A stretch of DNA of 64,000 nucleotides from Amoebophrya sp. A120. Its lineage: Eukaryota; Protista; Dinoflagellata. The notes beneath the pieces were generated by a model. The model did not search any database, had not been told where the DNA came from, and worked only from the letters and a program-made list of their open reading frames with translations. Of the stretch, positions 60,301 to 64,000 are shown piece by piece. The stretch covers positions 3,250,823 through 3,314,822 of the forward strand of contig CAJINV010000013.1 in assembly GCA_905178155.1 (NCBI GenBank), read 5' to 3'. A program made the translations under genes and the position numbers. The first letter of the stretch is position 1, and the number at the start of each line of letters is the position of its first letter.

Positions 60301-60602
60301 TGATGCGCAAGATGCAACGTGATTGCGTCTGTCATGCTTGGCATGCATCGTAGGGTCCATTAAAGGGCGTTTTCACGTACTATCCGCGCATGACAGGTTT
60401 TTGCTGTCATGCCAGACAAATTTGTAATGCGGTTCCTCCAAGAAAGTTGCACCGACAATGCTTTTTTCTTGGATAAACATTCCACGTGATGGCGAGGCTG
60501 GACACGGAACCGGAACTGGAATACTTCCAACACGGCGGGATTTTGAACTACGTACTGCGGAAACTGGCGAAAAACGCAAACGTGGGGATCAGCAGGATTT
60601 GA
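54316..60602 (+). CDS. acnA: Aconitate hydratase, AcnA/IRP1 type (926 aa, 14 exons)
   Basis: Exons 54316-54732, 54865-54933, 55132-55497, 55667-55867, 56118-56158, 56475-56969, 57275-57543, 58038-58113, 58442-58559, 58831-58934, 59313-59471, 59735-59992, 60181-60265, 60480-60602 total 2781 nt. Motifs [63 protein letters not shown]. 4 GT-AG and 9 non-canonical introns (non-canonical junctions can slide by a few nt). Confidence 0.97.
54935..55127. mobile_element. Degenerate IR introner (aconitase intron 2)
   Basis: TATG...caaactttgctgg vs ccagcagagtttg...CATA; removing element + 5 nt gives conserved [13 protein letters not shown]; no usable GT-AG. Confidence 0.8.
55869..56113. mobile_element. 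IR introner, 245 bp, flanks CAAGG/CAATG (intron 4)
   Basis: TIR tatggcgttctcaa/ttgagaatgccata; aligns along its length to the reverse complement of the 16544-18668 host. Confidence 0.92.
56160..56470. mobile_element. IR introner, 311 bp, perfect DR ACGGG (intron 5)
   Basis: 35-bp TIR with 3 mismatches; removal gives YLRENGLFRLY. Confidence 0.95.
56971..57270. mobile_element. IR introner, 300 bp, perfect DR TCGGG (intron 6); same family and orientation as 56160-56470
   Basis: Splits the Fe-S ligand motif; removal gives [12 protein letters not shown]. Confidence 0.95.
58115..58437. mobile_element. Degenerate IR introner (intron 8)
   Basis: tatccaagcgaaag vs ctttcgcccccata; removing element + 5 nt gives NGSD(G/A)WQKL in the aconitase register. 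Confidence 0.75.
58936..59308. mobile_element. Degenerate IR introner, flanks ATCTG/ATTCG (intron 10)
   Basis: tatccgagcgaaat vs atttcgcgtgcata (11/14); removal gives [22 protein letters not shown]. Confidence 0.8.
59473..59730. mobile_element. IR introner, 258 bp, flanks GCAAC/GCAAA (intron 11)
   Basis: ~44-bp TIR with core ttacaatctcaaacgttacagtagaat; removal gives [12 protein letters not shown]. Confidence 0.92.
59993..60180 (+). other. Non-canonical intron 12 of aconitase (4-bp DR AACG, subterminal 21-bp IR, no TAT...ATA ends)
   Basis: gcaaaagtagcgcactagtac vs gtacaagtgcggtacttttgc; removal gives LTGKERFSID. Confidence 0.8.
60267..60475. mobile_element. IR introner, 209 bp, flanks AACGT/AACAT (intron 13)
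   Basis: ~32-bp TIR beginning tatccaagaaaaaa; removal gives [13 protein letters not shown]. Confidence 0.92.
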
Positions 60603-62209
60603 GAAGCGCACAAATCCTTTACTTCTTGTACGAAAAAGTGCTTTTGTTTCATACTGAACACTGGAAAAAACTTCCGAGAACATCAAGATTTCATTTTCAT
60701 CACCAGCGAGTAGCTGATTTTTTCGCAGCTCCTGCTTTTGCCATTCCGCATGACATGAGCAGCTGTGAGTGCGCGAAATGTTCCGGCAGCCATTGTGATA
60801 AACGGCACGAAACTAGCACACGGTTGCCATGTATTGTGTAGCGAAAGACATCTTGATATTCATATTGTTATTGACCTTTTGTTCAAATATTCTTCTCCTT
60901 TTCGCATACAAGTACAACGCAATTTGTGCTCGAAACAAACGGACAAATGCAGACGCGAGTGTGTGAAGCTGGCTTGCAAAAGCTGCTACACGGCGCTCTG
61001 CCACCTGGTCGAAAGTGCAATGATGTAATGTAGTGGTTTACCCACCAGCACGACCACCGACATGCCTCGAGCTGATGTATGATCACAGAGTTTCTGCTAT
61101 AGCCTGTATTTCTAATATTCTTTACTTGACATGATCTCGACCTCGACGAGGGCGATTGGGATTGCAATGCGTGCGGGTCATATTTCGAGTCCAGACGCAG
61201 AGGCGCACGATAGCGAAAGTTATGTTCCAGGTCCGCCTGGGCCTGCTCTTGAGGAAAGGAATTGAAATTATGATTGGTCCATGTATGATTAAAGAATTTT
61301 CCAGGGAGAAGAAGTTGATGAAGTTGCTGCTATTTGTAATATTGCTTTAGTACATGTACAACATCTATAAGATAAAGATAAAGATCAGGAGTGCTTCGTG
61401 CTTGTCTCTCCACCGCTAGTTGGTTCTTTTTCTTCTATGCTGTAAGATGATCAAGATCAATGTAGTTACTCTATTGCTTGCCCTTTCTTCAACATGTGTG
61501 GTGTTGGATTAGAAGCCAGGCGAAGCCGGCCCCGGCGTTCTTGCTTCTTGAGAAAAAGCTAGCTCGTCACGTTTGTTACGATGTAATTAGCATTTTCCTC
61601 CAGAAGATGCTTGTTATGCTAGCGTGAGTATATCTGCTTCACCTGAGCTGCGACACTTATGGCAATACTATGCGTCAGCGTCAGTGTTGAGGACAGCGTT
61701 GCATTGATTCAGTACAGCTTTTTCATAGGTGCGCGTCAGTGGTCCAAGAGAAAGACACTGGCTTGCTGCTCGTGGGGCGTACGCAGAATTGAAGCTGTGG
61801 CCAAGCAGGCGCAACCGTCAATATCCAGACATAAGTGTAGAATTCTCGTCTTTGGGAACCTACATTGGTTGCGTCTCCAAATTTTCCTTCGCTGTAGAAC
61901 TGTTCTAGTGCGTGGACAGGAACGATCTTAAGTTGCTTGCTTAACTCAATCAGGCACCGACGCCCTGCCAGAAAAGGGCGTGGCACCGCTCTGGTATCCT
62001 TGGGCCAGGCTGCATTGACCTACACACCCGGGGCGCCTCACGCTCACACGCATTCGGCTGTGCTAGGCGGGCTTAGGTATTTTGTATTTGGTCTGTGGCT
62101 AGGCTGTTCCATTGATTGGCTCAGCCGCCCACTCCCTGCCTCAGTTGTACGCACCGGGGCCCCAGTTTTTTTTTTGTTAGGGCGCTGTGCATTACCTACC
62201 CACACACGC

Positions 62210-64000
62210 CGTGCCAATCAAAGTCGGGCCCGGCAGGGCAGCTGTATTTTTCGGCTAAAGCGCACCTGATTAGCCGCCCAAGCCCTGCCAATCAAACAAA
62301 GTCGGGCCCGGGCATTGCAGGGAATGGGTATCATTCGGCTAAAGTGCACCTGATTAGCCGCCCCGGCCCTGTCGATCAAAGTCGGGCCCGGCAGGGCAGC
62401 GGTATTTTTCGGCTAAAGGGCACCTGATTAGCCGCCCCGGCCCTGCCAAAGTCGGGCCCGGCAGGGCAGCTTTATTTTTCGGCGAAAGCGCACCTAATTA
62501 GCCGCCCAAGCCTTGCCAAACAAAGTCGGGGCCGGGCCATGCAAGGCGGTGGCATTTTTCGGCTAAAGTGCACNNNNNNNNNNNNNNNNNNNNNNNNNNN
62601 NNNNNNNNNNNNNNNNNNNNNNNNNNNNNNNNNNNNNNNNNNNNNNNNNNNNNNNNNNNNNNNNNNNNNNNNNNNNNNNNNNNNNNNNNNNNNNNNNNNN
62701 NNNNNNNNNNNNNNNNNNNNNNNNNNNNNNNNNNNNNNNNNNNNNNNNNNNNNNNNNNNNNNNNNNNNNNNNNNNNNNNNNNNNNNNNNNNNNNNNNNNN
62801 NNNNNNNNNNNNNNNNNNNNNNNNNNNNNNNNNNNNNNNNNNNNNNNNNNNNNNNNNNNNNNNNNNNNNNNNNNNNNNNNNNNNNNNNNNNNNNNNNNNN
62901 NNNNNNNNNNNNNNNNNNNNNNNNNNNNNNNNNNNNNNNNNNNNNNNNNNNNNNNNNNNNNNNNNNNNNNNNNNNNNNNNNNNNNNNNNNNNNNNNNNNN
63001 NNNNNNNNNNNNNNNNNNNNNNNNNNNNNNNNNNNNNNNNNNNNNNNNNNNNNNNNNNNNNNNNNNNNNNNNNNNNNNNNNNNNNNNNNNNNNNNNNNNN
63101 NNNNNNNNNNNNNNNNNNNNNNNNNNNNNNNNNNNNNNNNNNNNNNNNNNNNNNNNNNNNNNNNNNNNNNNNNNNNNNNNNNNNNNNNNNNNNNNNNNNN
63201 NNNNNNNNNNNNNNNNNNNNNNNGCATTACCTACCCACACACGCCGTGCCAATCAAAGTCGGGCCCGGCAGGGCAGCTGTATTTTTCGGCTAAAGCGCAC
63301 CTGATTAGCCGCCCAAGCCCTGCCAATCAAACAAAGTCGGGCCCGGGCATTGCAGGGAATGGGTATCATTCGGCTAAAGTGCACCTGATTAGCCGCCCCG
63401 GCCCTGTCGATCAAAGTCGGGCCCGGCAGGGCAGCGGTATTTTTCGGCTAAAGGGCACCTGATTAGCCGCCCCGGCCCTGCCAAAGTCGGGCCCGGCAGG
63501 GCAGCTTTATTTTTCGGCGAAAGCGCACCTAATTAGCCGCCCAAGCCTTGCCAAACAAAGTCGGGGCCGGGCCATGCAAGGCGGTGGCATTTTTCGGCTA
63601 AAGTGCACCCGATTAGCCGCCCAAGCCCTCCCAAACAAAGTCGGGCCCGGGCATTGCAGGGAGTGGGTATCTTCCGGCTAAAGTGCACCTGATTAGCCGC
63701 CCCGGCCCTGTCAATCAAAGTCGGGCCCGGCAGGGTAGCTGTATTTTTCGGCTAGAGTGCACCTGGTTAGCCGCCCAAGCCCTGCCAAACAAAGTCGGGC
63801 CCGGGCCTTGCAGGGAATGGTTATAATTTTTCGGCTAAAGTGCACCCGATTAGCCGCCCCGGCCCTGCCAATAAAAGTCGGGCCCGGCAGGGCAGCTGTA
63901 TTTTTCGGCTAGAGTGCACCTGATTAGCCGCCCAAGCCCTTCCAAACAAAGTCGGGCCCGGGCATTGCAGGGAGTGGGTATTTTTCGGCTAAAGTGCAGC
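62210..64000. repeat. GC-rich tandem satellite, 70-80-bp monomer with two variants; runs off the window
   Basis: aagtcggg recurs at 62221, 62299, 62379, 62449, 62523 and after the gap; each unit contains cggctaa-agtgcacctga-ttagccg or a close variant. Confidence 0.95.
62574..63223. other. Assembly gap (650 N)
   Basis: Run of N. Confidence 1.

Noticed and set aside
54316-60602. Aconitase as a transposon-disrupted pseudogene
   Set aside because: All 14 exons join into an uninterrupted 926-aa protein with intact catalytic and Fe-S motifs, even across old decayed insertions.
62472-63462. ORFs spanning the N run
   Set aside because: Artefacts of translating Ns and satellite sequence.
62210-64000. 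CRISPR array
   Set aside because: Units are contiguous repeats with no unique spacers, there are no cas genes, and the context is eukaryotic.

Overview
Eukaryotic, intron-rich DNA. All supportable genes lie on the + strand, and many introns are not GT-AG; this matches Amoebophrya-like parasitic dinoflagellates (Syndiniales), but the taxonomy is my inference. Genes: a partial EF-hand protein, a Ser-rich hypothetical protein, a giant His/Cys-rich CobW/ZNG1-family GTPase, a Cys-rich/EGF-TM-ankyrin membrane protein, a secreted-type hypothetical protein, a SAM-methyltransferase-like protein, nicotinamidase, a multi-EF-hand protein, a mucin-like RRR-repeat protein, a tandem AdoMetDC-spermidine synthase fusion, and an IRP1/AcnA-type aconitase (14 exons, 926 aa, ending in SRI). 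A hairpin-structured satellite with an assembly gap ends the window. The main system is a set of about 20 transposon-like introns (introners). Seventeen follow one rule: a TAT...ATA element with terminal inverted repeats between 5-bp flanks (perfect, imperfect or decayed direct repeats), where removing element + 5 nt restores the frame and, where checkable, conserved protein motifs. Related copies sit in both orientations in + strand genes. Two host introners carry nested elements: a TTAA/piggyBac-like element and a (TAC)6-tailed retroposon-like element with an 8-bp TSD. One element is flanked by a 46-bp exon duplication. Exon models were built by hand; no RNA data were available.
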